The translations under genes were made by a program, and so were the position numbers. From assembly GCA_902604225.1 (NCBI GenBank), contig CACKXV010000001.1, positions 17,123 through 81,122 of the forward strand: a stretch of 64,000 nucleotides of DNA. Direction: 5' to 3'. This stretch comes from an uncultured Pelagibacteraceae bacterium. Lineage in GTDB: Bacteria > Pseudomonadota > Alphaproteobacteria > Pelagibacterales > AG-422-B15. Under the pieces are notes generated by a model, which was not told the DNA's origin, made no database searches, and was given only the letters and a program-made list of their open reading frames with translations. Positions 8,844 through 19,962 of this stretch are shown here, one piece after another (positions within the stretch are counted from its first letter, which is position 1; every line of letters starts with the position of its first letter).

Positions 8844-10501
8844 ATACTTTTGACTACATAATTGCAGGAGCAGGTTCAGCTGGTTGCGTTTTAGCGAATA
8901 GACTTTCTAAAGATCCTGATATAAAGGTTCTTTTAATCGAGGCAGGGGGAACCACATGGCATCCATTTGTCAAAATGCCAGCAGGTGTGCTTGAGCTAAT
9001 TTCTGGCGAAGGTGCTGGTAAATTTTATAATTATGGATATTGGACAGAGGGTCAGCCACATCTAAATAATAGAAAACTTTTCTTCCCTCGAGGTAAGGGC
9101 TTGGGTGGTTCAAGTAATATAAATGGAATGCTATATGTTAGAGGTCACTCCCGAGATTACGATATTTGGAGACAGCTTGGCAATGAGGGATGGTCATATG
9201 AGGAAGTTTTACCGTACTTTAAAAAAGCTGAAAAGAATGAAAATGGATCATCGGAATATCATGGAAGTGATGGAGAATTAAGTGTTCAAAACCCAGTGTT
9301 TGAAAATAATCCCCTGCATCGATGCTTTTTAAATGCTGGTAAAGAAGCAGGCTATAAATATATTGAAGACATCAACCAACATGATAATGAAGGGTTTGGA
9401 CCGTGTCCTCAGACGATTTCAAAAGGCTACAGAGCAAGTACTAGTTTTTCATTTTTAAATCCTATTAAAGATAGAAAAAATTTAACGATTGCAACTAATT
9501 CAACAACTAATAAATTATTATTTGAGGGCACAAAATGTGTTGGACTTGAGTATTTAAAAGGAAAAGAAGTTATAAAGGCTTATGCAGAAAGAGAAGTAAT
9601 TGTATGCGGAGGTGCTATTAACTCGCCGCAAATATTACAACTCTCAGGAATAGGTAAAGGTGATTACATTAAAAAGTGGGGATTAAAAGTTGTTGCTGAT
9701 CTTCCAGGAGTAGGTGAAAACTTACAAGATCATTTAGATGTATTATCTCATTATGAGTGTACGCAGCCAGTAACGGAAGCGAAATATACAGCTGGTGGAC
9801 TCGCAGTATTCAGAATGGCTACAATTTTAGCTCAATGGATGATAACTAAAAAAGGGCCAGGTAATGATATTGGTTTATCAGGTGTATCATTTTTAAAAAC
9901 AGATGACACGCTTGACCTTCCAGATATTCAAATGCATTTTATAGGGTCACTTTTAAAAGATCATGGAAAAACAAGACCTGACTCACATGCATTTAGTAAT
10001 CACGTATGTATGCTTAGACCTGAAAGTAGGGGCTATATTACGCTAAAATCTCTCGATCCAACAGTTCCTCCAATTATACAGCCAAATTATTTTGCAACTC
10101 AAAAAGATCGAGATACTCTGATAAAAGGAGTAAAAATGTCCCGAGAAATAATGAATCAGTCTGCTTTTGATGAATACCGTGGAAAAGAGTTGACGCCAGG
10201 TGTTCATGTTCAAACAGATACTGAAATTGAAGAATTTATAAGAAATGCTGCAGAAACAATTTATCATCCAGTTGGTACCTGTAAAATGGGTAGTGATGAA
10301 TTTGCAGTTGTAGACGATAAATTAAGAGTTAGAGGAGTGGAAAATTTAAGAGTAATTGATGCATCTGTAATGCCAACACTAATTGGTGGAAATACAAATG
10401 CACCAACTATAATGATAGCCGATAAAATATCTGATCATATTCTTGGTAATGAGTTTCTACCACCACAGCATGTAAGCTATAAAGAAAAGAACGCTGCATA
10501 A
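8840..10501 (+). CDS. GMC-family FAD oxidoreductase (choline dehydrogenase-like)
   Basis: 553 aa. Motifs are FDYIIAGAGSAGCVLANRLS, GKGLGGSSNINGM and, at the C-terminus, YHPVGTCKMG...DASVMP. Confidence 0.85.
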   Translation: MNTFDYIIAGAGSAGCVLANRLSKDPDIKVLLIEAGGTTWHPFVKMPAGVLELISGEGAGKFYNYGYWTEGQPHLNNRKLFFPRGKGLGGSSNINGMLYVRGHSRDYDIWRQLGNEGWSYEEVLPYFKKAEKNENGSSEYHGSDGELSVQNPVFENNPLHRCFLNAGKEAGYKYIEDINQHDNEGFGPCPQTISKGYRASTSFSFLNPIKDRKNLTIATNSTTNKLLFEGTKCVGLEYLKGKEVIKAYAEREVIVCGGAINSPQILQLSGIGKGDYIKKWGLKVVADLPGVGENLQDHLDVLSHYECTQPVTEAKYTAGGLAVFRMATILAQWMITKKGPGNDIGLSGVSFLKTDDTLDLPDIQMHFIGSLLKDHGKTRPDSHAFSNHVCMLRPESRGYITLKSLDPTVPPIIQPNYFATQKDRDTLIKGVKMSREIMNQSAFDEYRGKELTPGVHVQTDTEIEEFIRNAAETIYHPVGTCKMGSDEFAVVDDKLRVRGVENLRVIDASVMPTLIGGNTNAPTIMIADKISDHILGNEFLPPQHVSYKEKNAA

Positions 10502-10503
10502 TT

Positions 10504-12681
10504 TTGAATAAATTATTATTTTCAATTCTTGGAATAGTTCTAGCATTTGTTCTAACACTGGTATTTGTTAATCAATATAATACTAGAAATTTTAAACAAA
10601 CTAGTTTTTTAGAAATAGAAAAAAAATATTCTTATAAAATCGAAAGAGATCAGTTTGGAGTTCCTCATGTTTACGGGGAAACTGACAAAGATGCGGCATT
10701 CGCATTTGCTTATGCGCAAGCAGAGGACGATTTAGAACATGTAGAGATGATGATTAAAATGTCTCGTGGGGAGCTTTCAAACTTAAATCTCAATTCAAAG
10801 ACACTCTCGGCCCTTTATTCTCTCATTACCGGTGATGGTGATATCATGGAAAACCTAGAAGCAATTGAAGGAGTAGAATTAGATTTTTTATTTAAGTTTT
10901 TTAACGTCCATGAAACTGTTAATAAAAAAATTTCAGAAATTCCAGAGGAGACAATTAACTATATAAAAGGGTATACAGATGGACTTAACTTTTATGCTGC
11001 AAAAAATCCAAACTTAGTCGATCAATCTTTATATCCAGCTACTGTAAGTGATTTAGTTGCTGGAATGACATTTCGAATGCCGTTATTTTATGGCATAGAC
11101 CATTCAATCGCTGAACTAATAAATTTAATGGATGATCAAAAAGAGGAAGTTGCATTGAACATAAACGCACTATCCAATAATCCAATAGTTGCAAGCATAA
11201 ATACTTACTTCAAGCCATCAGGTTCAAACGCATTTGCCGTTGCAAAAAGTAGATCACAAGACAATGAGACGATGCTTGTTATTAATTCACACCAGCCATT
11301 AACAGGCCCAGTTGCTTGGTATGAAATTCATATAAAAAGTGGAGAAGGCTTAAATATCATGGGCGGCACTTTCCCAGGTTCACCATTCGTGCATGTAGGC
11401 TTTAATGAGCATCTCGGTTGGGGAGCTACAGTAAATCAGCCAGATTTGTCTGATATTTATGAATTAAAACTTAATCCAGAGAATAATAATCAGTATGAGC
11501 TAGATGGTGCGTGGGTAAACTTCACCGAAACGGATCAAAATTTTAAAGTCAAATTGTTTGGACCTTTCAGCATTACATATCCTATAAAAATGTACCATTC
11601 AATGCATGGACCAGTCTTAAAAGACAATAATAAAGCCTTTGCCTTAAGGTTTGTTGGAATGCACGATGTCAACCACTCAACCGCATGGCTCAAAATGAGT
11701 AAATCAAAAAATATTGACGAGTGGCTTGATGCTTTAAGAATGGAACAGTTGGCTAGTTTAAATTTAGTTTACGCTGATAAAGATGATAATATCTTTTTTG
11801 TTCATAATGCCAAGTCGCCAGTAAGAGATCCAAATTATAATTGGAAGCAAGTGGTACCTGGAAACAAAAGTGACTTAATCTGGGGAGATTTTCATCCTTT
11901 TGAAAGCATGCCCCAGATCTTAAACCCAAGCTCGGGATATATTTTTAGTACCAATCAAAACCCTTTTTTTGTTACAGCCAAGGAAGATAACTTATCTTTA
12001 TCTAACTTCAATCCAACCATGGGCTTTCAAACACGAACAACGAATAGAGCATATAGAGCATATGAACTCCTTGATGCCGACAAATCAATATCATTCAGTG
12101 AACTTGATAAATACAAACATGACAATAAGTTCTCCTATAACTCAAGACAATACAAATTCATGGAAGAAATTTTCAATTATGAATTCTCAGAAAATAAATT
12201 AAAAAACGCTCAAGAATTTTTAGGTGATTGGGATTTAGGCACTGATACAAATAATCTACATGCTGCTTTTGGGGTTTGCATTTTGTCTCCTGAATGGTTA
12301 GCAGAAATAACAAGAAAGCCGCGTCCTGATCCAATCGAAATATTTATAAATTGCGTTGATGAATTTGAAAAAAACTTTGGGACATTAAGTGTAAAATGGA
12401 GTGATGTTAATTTCTTAGAAAGAGGTTCAAACTTAGTTCATATTCAAGGAGGGCCGGACGTTTTAAGGGCAATTTATGCTCCTCGAAGCGATGATGGTAT
12501 ACTTAAAGCTGTTGCTGGAGATGGCCTTTATATCTATGTAAAATGGGATGAAAATAAAAAACAGGTATCGAAAAGTATTCATCAGTTTGGAAGCGCTACG
12601 GTGAACATGGGTTCCCCGCACTATGATGATCAAATTAATTTATTTGCAAGCGAAAAGCTTAAAGATACGTTCTTTAATTGA
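10504..12681 (+). CDS. Ntn-hydrolase of the penicillin/AHL-acylase family (PvdQ / aculeacin-acylase-like), membrane-anchored or secreted
   Basis: 725 aa with a TTG start 2 nt after the preceding stop. The N-terminal hydrophobic anchor is LLFSILGIVLAFVLTLVFV. The alpha-subunit block is RDQFGVPHVYGETDKDAAFAFAYAQAED. The putative beta-subunit nucleophile is GS241NAFAV...LVINSHQP. Confidence 0.8.
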   Translation: MNKLLFSILGIVLAFVLTLVFVNQYNTRNFKQTSFLEIEKKYSYKIERDQFGVPHVYGETDKDAAFAFAYAQAEDDLEHVEMMIKMSRGELSNLNLNSKTLSALYSLITGDGDIMENLEAIEGVELDFLFKFFNVHETVNKKISEIPEETINYIKGYTDGLNFYAAKNPNLVDQSLYPATVSDLVAGMTFRMPLFYGIDHSIAELINLMDDQKEEVALNINALSNNPIVASINTYFKPSGSNAFAVAKSRSQDNETMLVINSHQPLTGPVAWYEIHIKSGEGLNIMGGTFPGSPFVHVGFNEHLGWGATVNQPDLSDIYELKLNPENNNQYELDGAWVNFTETDQNFKVKLFGPFSITYPIKMYHSMHGPVLKDNNKAFALRFVGMHDVNHSTAWLKMSKSKNIDEWLDALRMEQLASLNLVYADKDDNIFFVHNAKSPVRDPNYNWKQVVPGNKSDLIWGDFHPFESMPQILNPSSGYIFSTNQNPFFVTAKEDNLSLSNFNPTMGFQTRTTNRAYRAYELLDADKSISFSELDKYKHDNKFSYNSRQYKFMEEIFNYEFSENKLKNAQEFLGDWDLGTDTNNLHAAFGVCILSPEWLAEITRKPRPDPIEIFINCVDEFEKNFGTLSVKWSDVNFLERGSNLVHIQGGPDVLRAIYAPRSDDGILKAVAGDGLYIYVKWDENKKQVSKSIHQFGSATVNMGSPHYDDQINLFASEKLKDTFFN

Positions 12682-12717
12682 GCTTGTAGAAAAAAAATAA
12701 TTATATAAAATTTTCTC

Positions 12718-14283
12718 ATGTTATTACATGAGCATTTAGAAAATGGAGCCAATAAAAATCCTAATTTTCCTTTCTCCGAATTTGAAGGGAATTCACTTTC
12801 TTATCAAGAAGCAAATTTATTAAGCAATCAATTAGCTAATAAATTAGTTTCAGAGGGTTTAGAAGTTGGGGATAGATTTGCATTTCTTGCAAAAAATTGT
12901 ACTGAAATGGCAATTATGTACTACGCTGCATCAAAAGTTGGCGTTGTTCCTGTTCCATTAAATTATCGTTTAGCAGATCAAGAATGGGCATATATAATAA
13001 ATGACTCAGAAGCAAAACTTATAATAGTCAAAGGAAATGAGTATTCGGACAGAATAAATCAGATTTCATCAGAATTAAAAAATATAAAAAAATATATTTC
13101 AATATTGGTTGATAACAGTATTGAAAAATTTCATGATTTTTATGATTGGCTTTCTGATAGTTCGAATGAAAAACCAACTTTAAAAATCCATGAAAATGAT
13201 GACGTATATCAAATGTATACGAGTGGTACTACGGGTCATCCAAAAGGCGCTGTTCTTTTACAGAGAAATGTTGCAGCTAATATTAGACAGTATTTAAATA
13301 GTTTAACGTTACCTAGGCCATCAAGAACTCTTTTAGTGGCACCGATGTATCATGCTGCTGCAATGATTAATATGTGTGGGTGCATTGCAATAGGTGGAAC
13401 AATTGTTATTCAAGAAGATTTTATTCCTCAAGATGTAGTAGATTGTTTAGCAAATGAAAAAATCACACATACAGTTCTTGTCCCTGCGATGATTCAAGCT
13501 TGCTTAGTGTCAGTGCCAAACGTTGCAAGCAATGAATATAATGATTTAGATCAGATACATTATGGCGCCTCGCCAATCGCTCCAGAAACACTCAAAAAGG
13601 CAATGGATGTTTTTAAGTGTAAATTTGGACAAGGTTTTGGAATGACAGAGACAGTAGCTGTAATCTGCTTAATGACACCTGAAGAACACATCCGTGCTAT
13701 CGAAGAAAAACCAGATCTTCTAAAATCTTGTGGAAGACCAGCTATAGATACTCAAGTTGAAATTAGAGATGAAAATGAAAATCCACTGCCTGTTGGAGAG
13801 ATAGGGCAGATTTGTGCAAAAGGTCCTCAGATTATGAAAGGGTACTGGAATAAAAAAGAAGAAACAGAAAAGGCATTAATGGGAGGTTGGATGCATACAG
13901 GCGATGCTGGACGAATAGATGAAGAGGGATTTGTTTATATCCAAGATAGAATCAAAGACATGATAGTATCGGGTGGTGAGAACATTTATTCAACAGAAGT
14001 AGAAGCAGCCTTGTTTGCTCATCCAGATATTATTGATGCTGCCGTCATTGGTGTGCCTAATGAAAAATATGGTGAAGTTGTTAAAGCTTGTATTGTAAAA
14101 AAAGAAGGTTCTGATTTAACCGAGGAAGATGTAATCAATTTTTGTAAAGATAGAATTGCAAGCTATAAAAAACCTCAGTCAATTGATTTTATCGATGAAG
14201 TTCCTAGAAATGCAAGTGGTAAAGTTCTTAAAAAAGTATTACGTGAACCGTATTGGAAAGATCAGGATCGACAAGTAAGTTAA
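12718..14283 (+). CDS. AMP-forming acyl-CoA synthetase (fatty-acid-CoA ligase-like)
   Basis: 521 aa. Motifs are the AMP-binding YTSGTTGHPKG, then GYWN, TGD and the C-terminal SGKVLKK. Confidence 0.85.
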   Translation: MLLHEHLENGANKNPNFPFSEFEGNSLSYQEANLLSNQLANKLVSEGLEVGDRFAFLAKNCTEMAIMYYAASKVGVVPVPLNYRLADQEWAYIINDSEAKLIIVKGNEYSDRINQISSELKNIKKYISILVDNSIEKFHDFYDWLSDSSNEKPTLKIHENDDVYQMYTSGTTGHPKGAVLLQRNVAANIRQYLNSLTLPRPSRTLLVAPMYHAAAMINMCGCIAIGGTIVIQEDFIPQDVVDCLANEKITHTVLVPAMIQACLVSVPNVASNEYNDLDQIHYGASPIAPETLKKAMDVFKCKFGQGFGMTETVAVICLMTPEEHIRAIEEKPDLLKSCGRPAIDTQVEIRDENENPLPVGEIGQICAKGPQIMKGYWNKKEETEKALMGGWMHTGDAGRIDEEGFVYIQDRIKDMIVSGGENIYSTEVEAALFAHPDIIDAAVIGVPNEKYGEVVKACIVKKEGSDLTEEDVINFCKDRIASYKKPQSIDFIDEVPRNASGKVLKKVLREPYWKDQDRQVS

Positions 14284-15725
14284 GCAGTAGCAGTACCACC
14301 GACAGTTAAGTTTTTAATTAGCATAGTTGGCTGACCAACACCTACAGGGACACTCTGGCCATCTTTACCACAAGTTCCTATACCACTATCCATTTTTGAA
14401 TCGTTGCCGACCATCTTTACTCTTTTCAGCACGTCTGGCCCATTACCTATCAACGTAGCTCCCTTGACAGGATTTGTAATTACCCCATTTTCAATTTTAT
14501 AAGCTTCTGTGCAAGTGAATACAAACTTTCCACTGGTAATATCTACTTGACCACCACCAAAATCTACTGCATACAATCCGTTTTTTACTGATTTAAGAAT
14601 TTCTTTTGGATCTCTGTTTCCAGATAACATGTGAGTATTGGTCATTCTCGGCATTGGTAAATGTGCGTAACTTTCTCTTCGTCCATTTCCTGTTGGACTA
14701 ACTCCCATCAATCTTGAATTGAGTCGGTCTTGCATATACCCCGTCAAAATTCCATTCTCAATTAAAGTAGTACAACTCGTTGGTGTTCCCTCATCATCTA
14801 CACTTAGAGATCCTCTTCTTGAGTCAATAGTGCCATCATCGACTACAGTTACTGCTTCATCAGCAATTGTCTCCCCAAGTAAATTGGAGAATGCAGATGT
14901 TTTTTTTCTATTAAAATCTCCTTCAAGTCCATGTCCAATCGCTTCATGAAGAAGTACTCCCGGATATCCTGGACCAAGTACCACATCCATTTCACCTGCA
15001 GGTGTATCTACCGAAGTTAAATTTATCTCTGCTTGATTAATGGCATCGTCTACTTGTTGCTTCCAATGACTTGGATCTAGAAAAGATGAATAATCGACTC
15101 TGCCACCTGAACCCCTGCTTCCATTTTCCTGTCTACCATCTTTTTCTAATACAATTGAAATATACAATCTGACTAATGGCCTTAGATCTTCTATAACAAT
15201 TCCTCCTGGCCTGTAGATACGAACTGCTTGCCACTCACCATTTAAAGATGCGGAGACTTGTTTAACCTGGGTATTTTTTGAACGTGCATATTCATCGATA
15301 TCTTTTAATGCATTAACTTTTTCAGAAAATTCTGTTTCATTAATAGGGTTCGTTTCTTTGTATAGTTTTCTATTAGTCTGGGAAAACGCAGCATTAAAAT
15401 TTGCGTTGTTGTCTTTCGTAACAAAATTTACTGTATCAGATGCTTTTTTAAGAGACTTTTCATCTATGTCAGATGAATGAGCATAGCCAGAACTTTCACC
15501 TGCAACAGCTCTTAAACCAAAACCCTTCGATTTATCAAAAGAGGCACTTTTTAATCTTTGGTCATCGTAGACAAAGCTTTCACTCTCACAAAATTCCATG
15601 AACAGTTCACCATCATCGGCTTTGTGAAGGGCGTTTGAAACTATTTTATCAACACTGCTATTGTCCAGATTGCTTCTCGAGAAGAATAGACTATCAGTTG
15701 ATTGATTCTTTATGTTTTTGCTCAT
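14280..15725 (-). CDS. tldD: metalloprotease TldD
   Basis: HEAIGHGLEGD zinc motif and a glycine-rich C-terminus, TldD-like throughout. The track start at 15731 is TTG; the first ATG is at 15725. Confidence 0.9.
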   Translation of the reverse strand: MSKNIKNQSTDSLFFSRSNLDNSSVDKIVSNALHKADDGELFMEFCESESFVYDDQRLKSASFDKSKGFGLRAVAGESSGYAHSSDIDEKSLKKASDTVNFVTKDNNANFNAAFSQTNRKLYKETNPINETEFSEKVNALKDIDEYARSKNTQVKQVSASLNGEWQAVRIYRPGGIVIEDLRPLVRLYISIVLEKDGRQENGSRGSGGRVDYSSFLDPSHWKQQVDDAINQAEINLTSVDTPAGEMDVVLGPGYPGVLLHEAIGHGLEGDFNRKKTSAFSNLLGETIADEAVTVVDDGTIDSRRGSLSVDDEGTPTSCTTLIENGILTGYMQDRLNSRLMGVSPTGNGRRESYAHLPMPRMTNTHMLSGNRDPKEILKSVKNGLYAVDFGGGQVDITSGKFVFTCTEAYKIENGVITNPVKGATLIGNGPDVLKRVKMVGNDSKMDSGIGTCGKDGQSVPVGVGQPTMLIKNLTVGGTATA

Positions 15726-15798
15726 ATTCAAATGCTCAGCGAAATTACTCTAATTTTTAAAATTTATACTAAAAAAACCCTAAAAACTAATAAAAATT

Positions 15799-15813
15799 GC
15801 GTCAAACTGTCGC
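15799..15813. promoter_or_regulatory. GCGTC-N5-GTCGC inverted repeat (core of TTGCGTCAAACTGTCGCAA, 15797-15815) upstream of coxB
   Basis: Read directly from the sequence. Its centre is about 57 nt upstream of the coxB ATG, in the 131-137 bp tldD/coxB divergent gap. It matches the GCGNC-N5-GNCGC form I recall for RegA/PrrA-type sites. Confidence 0.4.
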
Positions 15814-15862
15814 AAAATTACTCATAGTTTCTAAGAATTTAAACAGTATATATTAGAAGGTA

Positions 15863-16726
15863 ATGTTAAACCCCATATTTTCAATATTTAGACTAACAAT
15901 GAGCATGTTCTTAAAAGTTTCTATTTTAGTTTTTTTGCCTTTTGCAGCATTTGCTAAAGAGGGTAAATCAGAAAACTGGCAACTTAGTTTTCAGGAGCCA
16001 GCAACTGATTTGATGTCAGATATTATTTCTTTCCATAGTTACATCCTCATGCCAATTATAACTGGTATTTCTTTGCTTGTCTTAGGCTTGCTTCTTTACA
16101 TAATGTTTAGGTTTAACAGTAAGAGAAATGTAGTTGCATCTACGACAACTCATAACACAACCATTGAAATATTATGGACTGTAATCCCAGTAATACTTCT
16201 AATAATAATAGCCATTCCATCTTTTAGATTGCTGTATGTTTCAGAAACAATTCCAAAAGCTGACTTGACCATCAAGGCAATAGGTAATCAATGGTATTGG
16301 ACCTACGAATATCCAGATTACGAAGACATCGCTTTCGACGCAAATATGCTTTTAGAAAACGAGTTATCAGACCCTAAGTTGAGACTCTTAGAAACAGATA
16401 CCCAGATTGTTGTACCTGTAAATAAGGTTGTCAAACTTCAAATCACATCTGCAGATGTCCTTCATGCATGGACCATTCCTGCATTTGGTGTAAAAATGGA
16501 TGCAGTACCTGGTAGACTTAATGAAACATGGTTTAAGGCTAATAAAGAAGGTATTTATTACGGTCAATGTTCAGAGTTATGTGGGGCTAAGCACGCATTT
16601 ATGCCTATTAATGTTAAGGTTGTATCAGAAAGTGAATTTGACGATTGGCTAGTCTTCGCAAAAGAAGAATATGCATCTTCTGGAATAGACTATTCAAGTG
16701 AAACGTTTGAAATTGCAAAGAACTAA
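15863..16726 (+). CDS. coxB: cytochrome c oxidase subunit II (aa3-type)
   Basis: 287 aa with a signal peptide, two TM helices and the CuA site HAWTIP...CSELCGAKHAFM. A GAAGG Shine-Dalgarno sequence lies 5 nt before the ATG. Confidence 0.95.
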   Translation: MLNPIFSIFRLTMSMFLKVSILVFLPFAAFAKEGKSENWQLSFQEPATDLMSDIISFHSYILMPIITGISLLVLGLLLYIMFRFNSKRNVVASTTTHNTTIEILWTVIPVILLIIIAIPSFRLLYVSETIPKADLTIKAIGNQWYWTYEYPDYEDIAFDANMLLENELSDPKLRLLETDTQIVVPVNKVVKLQITSADVLHAWTIPAFGVKMDAVPGRLNETWFKANKEGIYYGQCSELCGAKHAFMPINVKVVSESEFDDWLVFAKEEYASSGIDYSSETFEIAKN

Positions 16727-16751
16727 GTAATTTTTTTATTAAAAGGAGTAA

Positions 16752-18368
<1,617 letters not shown>

Positions 18369-18377
18369 TTAGGTCGC

Positions 18378-19307
18378 ATGGTAAATATATCTTCAGTTTC
18401 TGATAAACAAGAAATTGGGATCAATTCATTTTTTTCAAAGGTCGGTTTCTACATCTCTTTATTAAAACCAAGAGTTATGTCTCTATCTATCTTTACTAGC
18501 TTTGTGGGCATGATTATTGCTCCAGGATTTATAACAATCTATGAAGGAGCTTTAATAATTCTTGCTATCTCGATTGGATCAGGTGCATCTGGTGCATTAA
18601 ACATGTGGTATGAAAGAAAGACGGACCTTTTAATGGAGAGAACTAAGAATAGAGTGTTACCAATGGGGCTTATCAGTGCGAATGGAGCTCTTATTTATGG
18701 AATTACTTTGTCAGTATTTTCAATTTATCTTTTATACTATGTTGCAAACTTACTTTCTGCTTCAATTCTTCTTCTAACAATACTTTATTATATTTTTGTC
18801 TATACAATATGGCTAAAGAAAAGAACTCCACAAAATATTGTTATCGGCGGAGCCGCTGGAGCGTTTCCCCCAATTATTGGATGGACAGCTGTTACTGGTA
18901 GTATATCTCCTGAAATTAGCTTGCTTTTTATTTTAATTTTTTTATGGACCCCGCCACATTTTTGGGCACTCGCACTCTATAAATCTGATGACTACAAAAG
19001 GGCAGGTATTCCAATGATGCCACTGGTTGTCGGAAATAAAAAAACAGTTAGTTTAATTGTTGCTTATTCATTAACACTCTTACCTGTAACACTTCTAATG
19101 AGTTACTACTATTCATTATTCTTTGGAACTTTGTCATTTATTATGGGTATCTGTTTTATATATTTAGCATTAGATCTTAGAAAATACGTAGATCACAGCA
19201 AGTTATTAGAAAAAAAAGCGCAAACTTTATTCTTCTTTTCCATTATTTATCTCTTTAATATTTTCGCAATCCTCCTTATTGATAACTTGTTATGGAACAT
19301 ATTATGA
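18378..19307 (+). CDS. ctaB: protoheme IX farnesyltransferase (heme O synthase)
   Basis: 309 aa polytopic UbiA-family protein with NMWYERKTD and WTPPHFWALA motifs. Confidence 0.92.
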   Translation: MVNISSVSDKQEIGINSFFSKVGFYISLLKPRVMSLSIFTSFVGMIIAPGFITIYEGALIILAISIGSGASGALNMWYERKTDLLMERTKNRVLPMGLISANGALIYGITLSVFSIYLLYYVANLLSASILLLTILYYIFVYTIWLKKRTPQNIVIGGAAGAFPPIIGWTAVTGSISPEISLLFILIFLWTPPHFWALALYKSDDYKRAGIPMMPLVVGNKKTVSLIVAYSLTLLPVTLLMSYYYSLFFGTLSFIMGICFIYLALDLRKYVDHSKLLEKKAQTLFFFSIIYLFNIFAILLIDNLLWNIL

Positions 19308-19411
19308 TTAATAAAAAAATAAAAAGAAGGAACATAATAACAGCATTAATACTTGTTTTTTTTGTCGCCTCATTCTTTACATACACAATTTACAGGTTAA
19401 GTCTCGTATAA
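19304..19411 (+). CDS. small single-pass membrane protein in the cox cluster (below ORF-track cutoff)
   Basis: Hand translation gives MINKKIKRRNIITALILVFFVASFFTYTIYRLSLV (35 aa). Its ATG overlaps the ctaB stop (ATGA) and its TAA abuts the ctaG ATG. It has a basic N-terminus followed by one TM helix. Confidence 0.4.
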   Translation: MINKKIKRRNIITALILVFFVASFFTYTIYRLSLV

Positions 19412-19957
19412 ATGAATTTTTTTAACTTAAAATACAGTTCGAATACTTCTCTAGCAGTAGGCCTGCTTGGTATTGTTATATCGATGGTAATATTGGCCTA
19501 TGCATCTGTGCCATTATATAATTACTTTTGTAAAGTTACAGGTTTTGGAGGTACCCCAAAAATTTACTCTCAAGAAAGTGTTTATATAACTGACTCTCTA
19601 ATAGATGTAAGACTTGACTCAAACGTTGGATCAACTCTGAACTGGGACTTTTTCCCTGAGCAAAGAACACATCAAATTCAAATTGGTGAAAATAAATTAA
19701 TCAACTATGTTATAATCAATAATACAGATCAAGCACTGAATGGAACTGCGGTATATAATGTTTCCCCAGCTGAAGCAGCAAAATACTTTAACAAAATAGA
19801 ATGTTTCTGTTTTCAAAATACTGAATTAAAAGCTAATGAGAAAAAGATTATGCCAGTATCTTTTTATATCGATCCTGAAATTAAAAATGATCAATACGTA
19901 GCAGATCTATCCGAAGTTACTTTGTCCTATACCTTTTACGAAAACAGTGATACATAA
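19412..19957 (+). CDS. ctaG: cytochrome c oxidase assembly protein CtaG/Cox11
   Basis: 181 aa with an N-terminal TM helix, YNYFCKVTGFGGT and the copper-site motif CFCF. Confidence 0.9.
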   Translation: MNFFNLKYSSNTSLAVGLLGIVISMVILAYASVPLYNYFCKVTGFGGTPKIYSQESVYITDSLIDVRLDSNVGSTLNWDFFPEQRTHQIQIGENKLINYVIINNTDQALNGTAVYNVSPAEAAKYFNKIECFCFQNTELKANEKKIMPVSFYIDPEIKNDQYVADLSEVTLSYTFYENSDT

Positions 19958-19962
19958 TTCCT

